A stretch of DNA of 64,000 nucleotides from a virus. The stretch's first letter is position 1, and each line of letters opens with the position of its first letter. The stretch is taken from positions 5,255 to 69,254 of IMG/VR virus record IMGVR_UViG_3300021168_000026; one strand, 5' to 3'. The notes under the pieces were generated by a model that saw only the letters and a program-made list of their open reading frames with translations, made no database searches and had not been told where the DNA came from. The position numbers and the translations under genes are program-made. Shown piece after piece: positions 1 through 10,890 of this stretch.

Positions 1-154
1 CATGGGTTGGACCACATGCCTCACCAACATCTACCCTTACGAGGATTACTGCGCGCGGGTTGATTCAACATGCCAGGGGCAAACGTGTGTCCTCGGCGAC
101 ACACTCTACCAAGTATTGCCTTGCGATATTTGATGGGCCTGCTAGAGGCTTACT

Positions 155-1522
155 ATGTCCCGAGGAGTTGGCCCTAAATGGTTATGGACTGAGAAAGACT
201 TAGACATCCTTCAGCGAGTAATAGATCGCGCTACGACAACCGGCGAGGTTGTCAGAGAGCTGCGTGCTCGGATAGGATTCGATGGGTCGTGGGACGCAAT
301 ACGGGGCGCCCTCATCAAGAGGCTTGGCCATAAGAACATAATTTCTACCCTCAATCAGAACCGACGTCGGAACTGCCTAGATCCAAAGGATCGGGCAGCC
401 TCGCTCGAGGCGCGTATCGACGCCCTCCTAACCGAAGAGACCAGGGAGCCCGAGGAGGCCACTAGGGGGTCTACATCTACCCGGGAGCTAGATCCAATCC
501 AACGTCACGAGAAGCGGGTCCAACAGCGCGATACGCGCAGCGAGATGGAAGATCTCGTCTTGCAGTTGAAGGAGGCCCGCAAGCGCCAGGCATTCCTCGA
601 CGACATGGCGGCTCACCGCGAGCCCCCGCGAATTGCTAGGCATGAGAAGACTAGCCGGGTGCGGGAGGTGGCCGCTGTTGTCTTACTATCTGACCTGCAT
701 GTTGAGTGCGTAGTGCGGCCCGATGCGGTGGCCTTCCGCAACGAGTACAATCTCGAGATCGCCGACCGTAGGCTAGAGAAATTCCTCCAAGGATTGATCT
801 GGCTCATCGAGCACCACCGAGCGAGCGGTAAGGTCGCGCTAAACGAGTTGGTGCTCTGGTTCGGTGGAGATATGATGGAGGGCTTTATCCACGAGGAAAA
901 CCTCCAAAGCAATGAGCTCTCCCCCACCGAGACCATCCGTTGGCTCAAGCCCCGGTTGCGCAACATCCTTCATACATTGCGCAAGGTGCTTGACATCAAT
1001 ATTACCGTTCCCTGCGACTTCGGCAATCACGGAAGATCAACAAAGAAGATGCCCGTAGCGACCGCATACTCTAACAGCTACGAGTGGCTGATGTACCAGG
1101 ACCTTGCCGAGGAGTTCGCGAACGAGCCCCAAATACAGTTCGATGCTGGCCCCAGCGCTCACCACTACGTTGACGTGCTCGGGTGGATGTGCCACTTCCA
1201 CCACGGCCATGAGGTCAAGTACCAGGGGGGCGTCGGGGGGCTGGGTATCCCGCTACTAAAGAGGGTTCCTATGTGGGAGCGCCTGACGCCGTCGCATTAC
1301 CACTTCATCGGCCACCATCATACCTTCCGTCTCTACGGCCGAACATTGGTCAACGGATCACTAAAAGGATATGATGATTTTGCTCAGAGCATCGGGGCCG
1401 ACTACGAGGATCCGCAGCAAGCATTTGCTTTGATCGATGCCCATCGAGGAATGTCAGACGTACGGCCTATCTGGGTCTCTGATGAGGATCCGGATAAGGC
1501 CCAAACAGGTGGGTTAGGCTGA
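155..1522 (+). CDS. Calcineurin-like metallophosphoesterase/nuclease with N-terminal helical/coiled-coil region
   Basis: Motifs SDLH, GGDMMEG, FGNHGR, HHGH, GHHH in canonical order. Confidence 0.85.
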   Translation: MSRGVGPKWLWTEKDLDILQRVIDRATTTGEVVRELRARIGFDGSWDAIRGALIKRLGHKNIISTLNQNRRRNCLDPKDRAASLEARIDALLTEETREPEEATRGSTSTRELDPIQRHEKRVQQRDTRSEMEDLVLQLKEARKRQAFLDDMAAHREPPRIARHEKTSRVREVAAVVLLSDLHVECVVRPDAVAFRNEYNLEIADRRLEKFLQGLIWLIEHHRASGKVALNELVLWFGGDMMEGFIHEENLQSNELSPTETIRWLKPRLRNILHTLRKVLDINITVPCDFGNHGRSTKKMPVATAYSNSYEWLMYQDLAEEFANEPQIQFDAGPSAHHYVDVLGWMCHFHHGHEVKYQGGVGGLGIPLLKRVPMWERLTPSHYHFIGHHHTFRLYGRTLVNGSLKGYDDFAQSIGADYEDPQQAFALIDAHRGMSDVRPIWVSDEDPDKAQTGGLG

Positions 1523-1774
1523 CGTCTCGCTAGCCTTCTGGAGCGCCATCGCTTCCCTACCAAGTGCCGTGACTACCGGGTGTGAGTGGGTAGGGTCCCG
1601 GCGACAAGCCGGCAGCGCCACCAGCCCACGCTCGTGGAGCTTGTAGATCTCATCTTCGATCGGCCCCGGGTATGCGCCGCCGCAGTGGTCTCCCTGGCCG
1701 ATCCCCTCCATCACCCGTAGCTCGCTCGCGGTAAGCCCACGCATGCTGTGGTAAGCTTGTCGCAATGAAGACAC
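1514..1774 (-). CDS. Small hypothetical protein, possibly winged helix
   Basis: L..RGLV...VTALGREA pattern; real start probably at about 1744. Confidence 0.4.
   Translation of the reverse strand: MSSLRQAYHSMRGLTASELRVMEGIGQGDHCGGAYPGPIEDEIYKLHERGLVALPACRRDPTHSHPVVTALGREAMALQKASETSA
1749..1757 (+). promoter_or_regulatory. Extended -10 promoter for a leaderless transcript
   Basis: TGg-TAAGCT 7 nt before ATG 1765, no Shine-Dalgarno. Confidence 0.5.
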
Positions 1775-2220
1775 TCGTCAAGGTCGGGCTCGCTTTGGGG
1801 GCCTTGAGTAGTGCGGGGTTGGCGCTTTACCTCATCGAGTCAGCCAAGAGCCCCGCGCCAACCTTGCCAGGTAAGGGGAAGGCTTGCCCGATCGACCCCA
1901 ACAAGGTTGCAGCCTCGGCGCCGGTGACGCTCCTAGCGAAGCTCGCGCAGAGCGGCACGACCCTCCAGGCCGCGGTCGGCGACACGATCATCACTCGCTT
2001 GGCGCTGCCGGCGGGGGCCAAAGACTGGGCGGTCAGCGTTGACGATGACTCAGTGCTCCGAAAGGAGCGCCATACGACAGGACCTGTTGGAGACGGCCTT
2101 CCCGGAACGGCAGTCGATGATTTCTGGACGGCCATAGGCTCTGGCGTTGCTGTCCTGACGGGGCAGGTAGTCGGCGGGAGCGCGAAATTCACGTTGACCG
2201 TGAAGGTCGTCTGCGGTTGA
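1765..2220 (+). CDS. N-terminally membrane-anchored protein with Ig-like (possibly chagasin/I42-like) domain
   Basis: Hydrophobic helix at about aa 7-24, Pro-rich linker, beta-rich C-terminus. Confidence 0.5.
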   Translation: MKTLVKVGLALGALSSAGLALYLIESAKSPAPTLPGKGKACPIDPNKVAASAPVTLLAKLAQSGTTLQAAVGDTIITRLALPAGAKDWAVSVDDDSVLRKERHTTGPVGDGLPGTAVDDFWTAIGSGVAVLTGQVVGGSAKFTLTVKVVCG

Positions 2221-2388
2221 CCTGGCTTCTATTGGCTTCTTCACTCGGTGCCCAAGAGCCAGCTAGACCGTGGCGCGTCATTGACGCGTCTCATCTACAT
2301 CTCGGCGTCAGGCCAGCTGCCTTCCTTGACGATGAAGATCGAGGCAAGCTTGAATGGGGTCTAGGGGTTACGATACAACTGACCGCAC

Positions 2389-2604
2389 ATGTCGGATAGT
2401 GACTACCCCACTAAACCTGAATTGCCGAGCTTGCCTTGCCCCGCGTGCCGCGATGATGACGGCAACCCGACGGGGAAGGTGCCCATGACCGTCTGGTCGG
2501 GCGCTACGACCTACCAGGGCACTGAGACGGTCTGTACGACTTGTTGGGGTCAACTCATCATTGACAAGGTCAGCTATGACCTCTGGTTAGCTCGGCAGCC
2601 TTAG
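2389..2604 (+). CDS. Small zinc-finger protein
   Basis: CPAC ... CTTCWG. Confidence 0.55.
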   Translation: MSDSDYPTKPELPSLPCPACRDDDGNPTGKVPMTVWSGATTYQGTETVCTTCWGQLIIDKVSYDLWLARQP

Positions 2605-2886
2605 CTACTTGAGCCTAAACAATCCGCGTGGCAGCTTTTTGAGAAAACTAGAATGCTTGAGGACTATCTCCGCGTCCTTCTCTAGGATAGAGAACTCGTC
2701 GCCGCCCAACTCCTTGGCCTGCTCGATGAGCTGCTTAGCCGTGAACGTGCTCTCTGGCATCGGGGTAAGGAAGATCGCTGCTAGTTGCAACAGTGTCACG
2801 ATGCCTTCGAGATCTCGTTGATCCAACATCGGAGCCGACACCGTCGGCCGTTGCCAGGCCTCTACGCCATCAAAATCATAGGCCAT
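2605..2886 (-). CDS. Hypothetical protein
   Basis: 93 aa ORF tiling with its minus-strand neighbours. Confidence 0.5.
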   Translation of the reverse strand: MAYDFDGVEAWQRPTVSAPMLDQRDLEGIVTLLQLAAIFLTPMPESTFTAKQLIEQAKELGGDEFSILEKDAEIVLKHSSFLKKLPRGLFRLK

Positions 2887-2895
2887 AGCCGACTG

Positions 2896-3096
2896 TCACG
2901 GGCAAGAACCGGCGCCGATCACGCTTCCCACCAACATGCCGAGGAGGAGACCGCTGCCAGCGCCCGTCTGGGCTGCTGCCTGGAGGCTCCTGCCGCCACG
3001 GTGCTTCTCCAGGGCGGGGAGGGCCACCGAGCCGCTGACGGCCCCCAACACGGCACCGATCAACCCGCCTACGAATGCTCCAGCTCTAGGACTCAT
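2896..3096 (-). CDS. Small two-helix glycine-zipper membrane protein
   Basis: Two GxxxG-rich hydrophobic segments; TAGACT -10 box 7 nt upstream. Confidence 0.6.
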   Translation of the reverse strand: MSPRAGAFVGGLIGAVLGAVSGSVALPALEKHRGGRSLQAAAQTGAGSGLLLGMLVGSVIGAGSCP

Positions 3097-3106
3097 GGGG
3101 AGGAGT

Positions 3107-3328
3107 CTACAGCTCCTTGGAGGTCACTTCAAGTTCCCACGGCTCGCACTGGAGTTTGACCATCGCCAGGGCTCGGGCCTGGTGCCATGTTTGAGCCTTG
3201 ACGACACAACGTTGAGGCTTTGGCAGAGTACTCTCTACCCACTCTCCTTCAGCGTTGAATCCCTCCCGCTTGATCGAGGTAGCGGCCCATCGAATCTTAC
3301 CCGTCGGCGGTGCTTTGGGGTCCTTCAT
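3107..3328 (-). CDS. Hypothetical protein
   Basis: ORF coupled to the upstream gene by overlap. Confidence 0.45.
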   Translation of the reverse strand: MKDPKAPPTGKIRWAATSIKREGFNAEGEWVESTLPKPQRCVVKAQTWHQARALAMVKLQCEPWELEVTSKEL

Positions 3329-3894
3329 CGGCCAGCCACTTCCTTAGCCGAGGCTGTCTTAGCAAGCTCGCGTGCGAGCCTCACCCGCAAGCGAACCTTA
3401 CCCCGAGCCTTGAAACAGCTCCCCGAGGCCAGGCTCGCGAGCCGCTCATCGGGAGCGTTACGCCAGCACCCCTTGATGTTCCTGTTAGCTAGATCGAGCC
3501 AGTACGAGGCTGCGAAGTAAGGGTCAAACGCCCCGGCGCCGATGCCCTGTATTTGCCAAGCGCCGAGACTCCTACCGCCATCCCCAACGGCTCGGGCAAA
3601 GTTGCCGCTCTCGTAGGAGCTGAACACCGCTAGGAGTGCCGCTTCCTCTCGGCTCTTGGCCACCTGGGAGATTGCCGAGGCGATGAGGCGCGCGTCTCTT
3701 CCTTTCTCGAAGCCGGCTGGCCCGCGGGGGCACCAGTGCGGTGGTCTCCTCATCAAGGAGCACTCCGATGGAACCCTCCCCATCATCTCGAGTACCTCTA
3801 CGCCACTCACAACCTTGGCCGAGACAGAAGTCGGGATGATCGAGGTGAGGGCTACAGCAAAAAGGACACATAGAGCCTTGGTAGAAAAGGGCAT
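3325..3894 (-). CDS. Secreted lysozyme-fold/lytic transglycosylase-like protein
   Basis: Signal peptide; catalytic-type YESG motif followed by GAWQI. Confidence 0.7.
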   Translation of the reverse strand: MPFSTKALCVLFAVALTSIIPTSVSAKVVSGVEVLEMMGRVPSECSLMRRPPHWCPRGPAGFEKGRDARLIASAISQVAKSREEAALLAVFSSYESGNFARAVGDGGRSLGAWQIQGIGAGAFDPYFAASYWLDLANRNIKGCWRNAPDERLASLASGSCFKARGKVRLRVRLARELAKTASAKEVAGR

Positions 3895-3912
3895 CCCTGG
3901 AGGATGGGTTCG

Positions 3913-4158
3913 CTATGACGAGGCGTCAAGGTCACCGGAGAGTCTCTTGATGTAGTGCCTGATGCAGAGCCTTTCGCCGGCCTCGGTAATACGAAAGACC
4001 ACCCTTTTGCAGAGCTCACAGCAGTCGACCGGCCTACCCCCGGAAGCCTTGTAGGCCTTGAGCCTACGCTGACGAGCAAGCTCGGCTCGACGCTGGCGCT
4101 TGTCATGCCCGAGCGCGCGCTGCCAGAGCGGTCTGACGTCTCCCGGCCAATCACTCAT
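3913..4158 (-). CDS. Hypothetical Cys/His-containing protein
   Basis: CELC...CIRH; RBS-like gaggaag upstream. Confidence 0.45.
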   Translation of the reverse strand: MSDWPGDVRPLWQRALGHDKRQRRAELARQRRLKAYKASGGRPVDCCELCKRVVFRITEAGERLCIRHYIKRLSGDLDASS

Positions 4159-4285
4159 ACTTCCTCTTGTATACGACGTCGATCACTCGGCCTCGACCGC
4201 TCGTCGATCGGGGAATGGTTGCTCTTGTGAGGCTTGCAGAGGAGGCAGCCGGCCCGGCGTTTCTTGGGTCGCTTGCGCTTATGAT

Positions 4286-4714
4286 TCACGGCTTGTGTTC
4301 AATAACCGGTGCCGGAGGCTGCGGCAAGCTGAAATGTCTCGAGGCCCACCCGATCCCCCAGAACGCCAAAGCTAGGAGGATGTATCCTAGAGCTTTCTTG
4401 AAGGGGTCTTGCAGAAACCACGGCGGCTTGCTCTTCCTCGAAGTAGGCAACGAGGGTGGCGGGGGGATGATATGGCGGCCGGTACCGTTGGTGAAGGCCC
4501 GATCCTCGGCATCACGCTCGGCATCTTTCTCCAGACGAGATAGACGCTGCAAGGCCTCTGACTGGAACTCCTCATCTTTGCCGAGGTGCTTCTGGAGCAG
4601 GTCATGGGTAGCGCGGGCTGTAATACCCTTGGCCCTGTCGGCATTCCATTCACTGAAGAACCACTCTTGGAGCAGCTCAAGGCTCGGCCGGGAGGGTTGT
4701 CTGTCGTCGGGCAT
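4286..4714 (-). CDS. Single-pass membrane protein with coiled coil, possible lysis accessory
   Basis: C-terminal TM LGYILLALAFWGIGW; ATG overlaps stop of the upstream hydrolase. Confidence 0.55.
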   Translation of the reverse strand: MPDDRQPSRPSLELLQEWFFSEWNADRAKGITARATHDLLQKHLGKDEEFQSEALQRLSRLEKDAERDAEDRAFTNGTGRHIIPPPPSLPTSRKSKPPWFLQDPFKKALGYILLALAFWGIGWASRHFSLPQPPAPVIEHKP

Positions 4715-5358
4715 TAGGCCACCAACATGGTGGGCAGCCTGGAGAGCTTGTCTTCCTGCACGCAATCCAGATCAACATCAAGGAGACCGGTCGGGAGGGT
4801 GAGGGTCAGCGTCGGGTAAAGTTGCAGCATGCAGTAATCGACGTTGGCGACCGGCCCGACATTCGAAAGGGATTTCCAGTAGCGAGTGAAGGGCAGCTGG
4901 TAGAGGCCTTGGGGAGTCAGCGGCACCCCCGAGCCGTTGTAGCCCATCGCAATGAGGTGCGCCGGTTGTATGACTCCACACCATGCCTTCGAGTAGTCGA
5001 TCGTCTCCTGCGGCCCCCCGGACATACCCTCAAGGTCGCACCCGATTGTCATGCCTGGGAGATCGGCGCCTAGTGCTCTCGCCAACCGGAGCTCACGCAT
5101 CCCATCGGCGGCCCCCAAGCCTGCCGAGGGCAGCCACCCATTAGGTCGACTTTCTCCGACGAGCATCAAGCCTAGCCCACTAGCTAAAATATTTGATATC
5201 TCCTGTAGAGACAAATTCTCAGTATATCTCGACAGGAACGTAAATCCAGTCCGGGTGCCAGGTATTGTATAGTCTGCGAGAGCTATAATTTGCGCTTGAC
5301 TAAGCGGCGTCAACATATCGGCTCCCACCGCACCGGTTGGTACAGGCATTACACGCAT
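4714..5358 (-). CDS. DUF1906/GH25-like glycoside hydrolase, putative endolysin
   Basis: F.SRY, G..DG, DLEG, YW, LQ, VDLD motifs of the Rv2525c/DUF1906 TIM barrel. Confidence 0.75.
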   Translation of the reverse strand: MRVMPVPTGAVGADMLTPLSQAQIIALADYTIPGTRTGFTFLSRYTENLSLQEISNILASGLGLMLVGESRPNGWLPSAGLGAADGMRELRLARALGADLPGMTIGCDLEGMSGGPQETIDYSKAWCGVIQPAHLIAMGYNGSGVPLTPQGLYQLPFTRYWKSLSNVGPVANVDYCMLQLYPTLTLTLPTGLLDVDLDCVQEDKLSRLPTMLVA

Positions 5359-5370
5359 CGGAATTTACTC

Positions 5371-6494
<1,124 letters not shown>

Positions 6495-6501
6495 GAGGCC
6501 C

Positions 6502-6530
6502 TTGACTGCCGAGGCTGGCAGCTATAAGTT
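6502..6530 (+). promoter_or_regulatory. Sigma70-like promoter
   Basis: TTGACT-17 nt-TAAGTT, 9 nt before ATG 6540. Confidence 0.55.
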
Positions 6531-6539
6531 GGCTCGCCA

Positions 6540-7316
6540 ATGGCAGCCAAGCCTAAGATCCTCATCTACACGCCGACCGCCGGGGGTGCTGAGAGCGCCT
6601 CGATCAAGAGCGCCTACCACACCGCGGTGCTCGGATTGGCGCGCAACCCCAGCCTCGATTTTCTCGACCTGCGGCTGTTTGTCAACTCAAGTGACCTGCC
6701 GAGAGTACGGAGCCATGCCTCAGCGATATTCCTTCAGAGGAAGGAATTCACCCACCTCCTCGGCTGGGATGAGGATATCGCCGCCTCGGTAGAACAAATC
6801 GCTACCTGTCTTAGGGGCATGCTAGCCAGTGGGTTCGATTGCGTCGGCGCCGCGTATCCGCACAAGGCTATCAACTGGCAACGAGTCGCCGAGGCCGCAG
6901 CTAGGGGGGTTACCGATCCTACTCAACTTGAGGCAGCGGGGGTTGATCTTGTCTACCGCCAGCTCCAGGCCAAATCAGGAACCACCGAAAAGGGCTGCAT
7001 CGAGGTCGATGGGGTAGGGACCGGCTTCTTTCTCACCTCCCGCAGGTGCGTTGAAAAGATGGCCTCTGAGTATGCGGTCAGCCTCACCTTCACTGACGAC
7101 ATCGATCGTGTATCACAGAAGCTGGTCGGTCTTTACCTGGAGACCGTCTCGGGCAAACCTGAAGACCCTCTGCTGATGCACGACTTCAAATTCTGCGAAC
7201 GTTGGCAGAATCTAGGTGAGAGAGTGATGCTCTACGTTGGGCCGGGGGCACCGCTCAACCACATTGGTAGCTACGTCTTCCGGGGGTTCCCCCTCGGCCA
7301 AGGGAGTTCAACATGA
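6540..7316 (+). CDS. GT-A fold glycosyltransferase
   Basis: DxD motif (WDEDI), VGAAYP, GTGF.L, DFKFC.RW. Confidence 0.8.
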   Translation: MAAKPKILIYTPTAGGAESASIKSAYHTAVLGLARNPSLDFLDLRLFVNSSDLPRVRSHASAIFLQRKEFTHLLGWDEDIAASVEQIATCLRGMLASGFDCVGAAYPHKAINWQRVAEAAARGVTDPTQLEAAGVDLVYRQLQAKSGTTEKGCIEVDGVGTGFFLTSRRCVEKMASEYAVSLTFTDDIDRVSQKLVGLYLETVSGKPEDPLLMHDFKFCERWQNLGERVMLYVGPGAPLNHIGSYVFRGFPLGQGSST

Positions 7317-8164
7317 AGAGATTGGTAGCGGTAGCGGTTTGCGCGCTCATTGGGCTACTCTCACTCGCGCAGCCCGCCTGGGCCATACTAACGTCTGACA
7401 GCACTAACATCGGGGCTCATCCTAGCTATGGTACAAGCTGGAGTTCGTTTTGGCGCACAAATTCCGACTACTCGATGCTCACGGACGGAAACGGTACGTT
7501 TATCAACGCACCTGGTACGTCTGGGAACTCTCGGTCTATCATGTTCCGGCTGAACAACAGCTGCCCGTTCCAGCGGTGCGTAACCGACCCCTACGGGTTC
7601 TCATCGATGGCGTACATCGACGCTCATGCCAATTTCAATATCGCGGGGACAATCACGGCAGAGATGGGCAACGGGGGCTCTGGCAAGTTCCTCGCGGACT
7701 CGGTCGAGATCTCGCTCGTCGATTCTCACAGCAATACGGTATTCGATGTGGTCTCGACGGGAGACCTAACCATCTCTGGTACCGGGTCCAAACCGGGCGG
7801 CGGGATGTGGGCCTCTACATCAGACATACGCACTAAGCGCAACGAGGCTCCCTTTACGAGAGGGCTTGAGGTTCTCAATCGGATTCATCCGGTCTCCTAC
7901 GAGTACAACGGCCTCGGCGGCGAGCGTGCTACCGGGGTGCGGTACGTGGGGGTCAACGCCCAAGACCTGGAGCCCTTGGCCCCGTCGATGATATCGACAC
8001 GCAAGGGTAAGCTCCGGCCGACCGACGCCGAGGAGACCGACATCAAGCAGGTAAACCCGAGCGAGTTTGTCTACCTGCTCATCAACGCTGTCAACCAGCA
8101 GCAGCGGCAGATCGAATCGCTGCGCGCCGAAGTCAATCAACTCAAGGCTAGGCCGAATCGATGA
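7313..8164 (+). CDS. Fibre/spike protein with C-terminal intramolecular chaperone (peptidase S74) domain
   Basis: SDIRTK.N, L..I.PVSY.Y, GVNAQDLE, terminal coiled coil; N-terminal signal peptide. Confidence 0.8.
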   Translation: MKRLVAVAVCALIGLLSLAQPAWAILTSDSTNIGAHPSYGTSWSSFWRTNSDYSMLTDGNGTFINAPGTSGNSRSIMFRLNNSCPFQRCVTDPYGFSSMAYIDAHANFNIAGTITAEMGNGGSGKFLADSVEISLVDSHSNTVFDVVSTGDLTISGTGSKPGGGMWASTSDIRTKRNEAPFTRGLEVLNRIHPVSYEYNGLGGERATGVRYVGVNAQDLEPLAPSMISTRKGKLRPTDAEETDIKQVNPSEFVYLLINAVNQQQRQIESLRAEVNQLKARPNR

Positions 8165-9936
8165 AAATCCATGTTCTGGGCATTCCCCACACGCAGACCA
8201 ACGAGCTCTTCACCACATGCGCCTTTACGCAGAAGGCCCTGAACCTCTGCAAGATGATGCACCGCCGGGGCCATGAGGTCTACCACTACGGCGTTGAAGG
8301 CAGCGTCGTTGAATGCACCGAGCACATCTCCGTGGTCAACAAGGAAGAGTGGGAAGCGCTCTACCCCCACCCGGGCACCGGCTACTACAACTTGGAGACT
8401 GGCGGGATCTACGCAGCCTACCATGCCAAGTGGGCTCAGAACTGCCACCTAGAGCTGGCCCAACGAGTGGGCAAGCCGATGACGGAGATCATCGCGCTTA
8501 CCTGGGGCGGCACCCAGCGCACCGCGTGCGAGGGCATACAGCAATTCCTCGTTGAATCGGGGATCGGGTACAAGCACTCGTGGAGTGACTTCCGGGTCTA
8601 CGAGAGTTACGCGTGGCTCCATATGCATATGGGCGCGGCCGGTCATTGGGAAGGAGGCAAGTGGTACTGGGCGGTCATCCCCAATGCTTTTGACTTGAAT
8701 AAATTTACCTTCAACGCAAACCGGGGAGAGGACTTCCTCTATCTCGGCAGGCTGAACGCTGATAAGGGTGTAGGGCTTGCGGTGCATGTAGCCAAGGAGG
8801 TTGGCCGGAAGATCACGATCTGCGGCCAAGGTGACCCTACACCTTTTCTCAACGGCAACCCTCATGCGAGTTACTTACCGCCGGTAGGCGTTGAGGATCG
8901 AAGGAGACTCCTTTCCCAAGCCAGGGCAGTGTTCTGCCCTAGCATCTATGTGGAGCCGTTCTGCGGCACCAACGTGGAAGCGCAGCTAAGTGGAGCGCCG
9001 GTCATCACTAGCGACTTCGGGGTGTTTCCGGAGACAGTGGTCCACGGGAAGACGGGCTTCCGCTGCCGTAGTTTCGAGCAGTTCGTCTGGGCTGCCAAGA
9101 ACATTGACAAGATCAGTCCTGTCGATTGCCGCGAATGGGCCGGGGATAATTTCTCGTTGGAGCGTGTCGCCCTGATGTATGAGGAGTTCTTCCAACAAAT
9201 CCTCAACGTCGGCCGACGCGAGGGGTTCTATCTCCCCAACCCCAATCGGACCCAGCTCGATTGGCTAAACAAGGATTGGGATTCAAACGAATTGAATCTC
9301 GATCGAGCCCATGAGCCTCCGCCTGACGGGCCGACCACCGGTGAGCAGAGCGAATGGGAAGAAGCCCAACATTGGGAACGAGGCTGGTGGGGTCTAGAGT
9401 GGGGCCCTCACTGGGATGAAGAACTGAAAAAGCAGGAGACCTACTTCCGCTTGATGGGGATACCTGAAAACCGAGACTTTGGCGCTAAAGAGATTCTCGA
9501 CGTAGGCTGCGGGCCTGTCTCTCTACTCCAGCGTTCAACGCATGGGCCGAGCCGGGGAGTCGATCCCTTGGCCGTCTCGGCCGAAACCCTCAAGCGCTAC
9601 ACCGACGCCAACGTTGAGTTCCTCAACATCAAAGCTGAGGAGATGCCCGAAGACAAGCAGTTTGATGAAATCTGGATGTATAACTGTTTACAGCACACGG
9701 ATGACCCTGACCTGATCCTCCAGAAAATCGCTCGGCTTGGCAAGACGGTGAGAATATTCGAGTGGGTGGATCTCGGCGTCTGCCCCGGTCATCCGCAAAA
9801 TTTGACCGAGTCTATGTTCCTCCGGGTGTTCGGTGGGCCTGACTGGGAGCGCCACATCTGGAACATAGGTGAGCTCCGGGACTTCGGAGGCACGGTCACC
9901 AACAAGTACCTCGCCATCCACGCGACCCGCCGATGA
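8161..9936 (+). CDS. GT-B (GT4-like) glycosyltransferase fused to class I SAM methyltransferase
   Basis: YLGRL..DKG, EPFCG..VEAQLSG.PVI; C-terminal ILDVGCG and FDEI...NCLQH. Confidence 0.85.
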   Translation: MKIHVLGIPHTQTNELFTTCAFTQKALNLCKMMHRRGHEVYHYGVEGSVVECTEHISVVNKEEWEALYPHPGTGYYNLETGGIYAAYHAKWAQNCHLELAQRVGKPMTEIIALTWGGTQRTACEGIQQFLVESGIGYKHSWSDFRVYESYAWLHMHMGAAGHWEGGKWYWAVIPNAFDLNKFTFNANRGEDFLYLGRLNADKGVGLAVHVAKEVGRKITICGQGDPTPFLNGNPHASYLPPVGVEDRRRLLSQARAVFCPSIYVEPFCGTNVEAQLSGAPVITSDFGVFPETVVHGKTGFRCRSFEQFVWAAKNIDKISPVDCREWAGDNFSLERVALMYEEFFQQILNVGRREGFYLPNPNRTQLDWLNKDWDSNELNLDRAHEPPPDGPTTGEQSEWEEAQHWERGWWGLEWGPHWDEELKKQETYFRLMGIPENRDFGAKEILDVGCGPVSLLQRSTHGPSRGVDPLAVSAETLKRYTDANVEFLNIKAEEMPEDKQFDEIWMYNCLQHTDDPDLILQKIARLGKTVRIFEWVDLGVCPGHPQNLTESMFLRVFGGPDWERHIWNIGELRDFGGTVTNKYLAIHATRR

Positions 9937-10080
9937 AGTTTTTCGACTACCTCCAGATAGTAAATACAGCTCTAGCTATGATCTGCTACATAGTTGGGTG
10001 GTGGGCTTTAGCTCGTGGTGCGTTAGCCTCGGCTGGGTGGTTCTTCGCGCTAGGTGTCGCTCTCGTGTTACCCTTCACGG

Positions 10081-10677
10081 GTGAGCCAAGTTGCAACAGT
10101 CAGGACTGACGCTACGCCGGGGGAAGTGCTCGGAGCCATCAAGGCCGCCCTCCCCGACGCGCCCCAAATGGCGCTCGCGATCATCGCCGCCCAATCGGGA
10201 GTGGAGACAGCAAACTGGTCTCCGGACGGCTTCAAAAATTTCAACCTGGGTAACATCACCGTCGGCCCCAACTCCAGCCAAGATTGGATGGTCCAAGGGT
10301 CCAACCCCCTCCACTTCGCAGCCTACTCAAGCCTCAAGGAGGGGGCCCAGGCGATGGTCGACTGGCTCCGCACCCGCGGTGCGTTGGGGGCGGCCTATGC
10401 TGGGAGTGTAGCGAACTACGTCGGCGCACTTCGCCGTGGGTGTTACCTGGGGTGCGTCGGCCAAGGCTCCACGACTGAGCAGGACTACATCAACTACGAG
10501 GCGGGGATCAACGCTCGGCTCCCTCGGCTGTTGGCAACTACCCCTATCCTTCCACAGAGCCTCCCTAAGCAATTGATCGCAGCGGGGGCCATCCTCGCGG
10601 TAGCCGGGGCAACAGCCTACGCGATCGACGATTCGCTTTTCAGGGCCGCCTGGCGTAAATTGAAGCGCCTTTTATGA
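10081..10677 (+). CDS. GH73/FlgJ-like peptidoglycan hydrolase with C-terminal membrane anchor
   Basis: AQSGVET, NLGNI, FAAYSSL.EG; C-terminal TM and basic tail; GTG start after TACCCT. Confidence 0.7.
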   Translation: MSQVATVRTDATPGEVLGAIKAALPDAPQMALAIIAAQSGVETANWSPDGFKNFNLGNITVGPNSSQDWMVQGSNPLHFAAYSSLKEGAQAMVDWLRTRGALGAAYAGSVANYVGALRRGCYLGCVGQGSTTEQDYINYEAGINARLPRLLATTPILPQSLPKQLIAAGAILAVAGATAYAIDDSLFRAAWRKLKRLL

Positions 10678-10889
10678 GCTCTGAGATCCAAACTCTCATC
10701 TTCCCCAAGCGTTTCGGCTGGACGGTCGCCAAGGCGCTCCGCTGGGCCGACGCGCACGGCCTAGCAACGAGGAAGGTGGATCTGACCTCGAGCTCAATTC
10801 GAGTGCGGCAGCATCCCCCAGGCCGTTTCAAGAGGCTCCGAACGATCTGGCTAGGCCCAAAGGTTCAAGCCGTCGTCGGCTTCTACTAA
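10674..10889 (+). CDS. Small basic hypothetical protein
   Basis: ATGA-coupled ORF. Confidence 0.55.
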   Translation: MSSEIQTLIFPKRFGWTVAKALRWADAHGLATRKVDLTSSSIRVRQHPPGRFKRLRTIWLGPKVQAVVGFY

Positions 10890-10890
10890 C

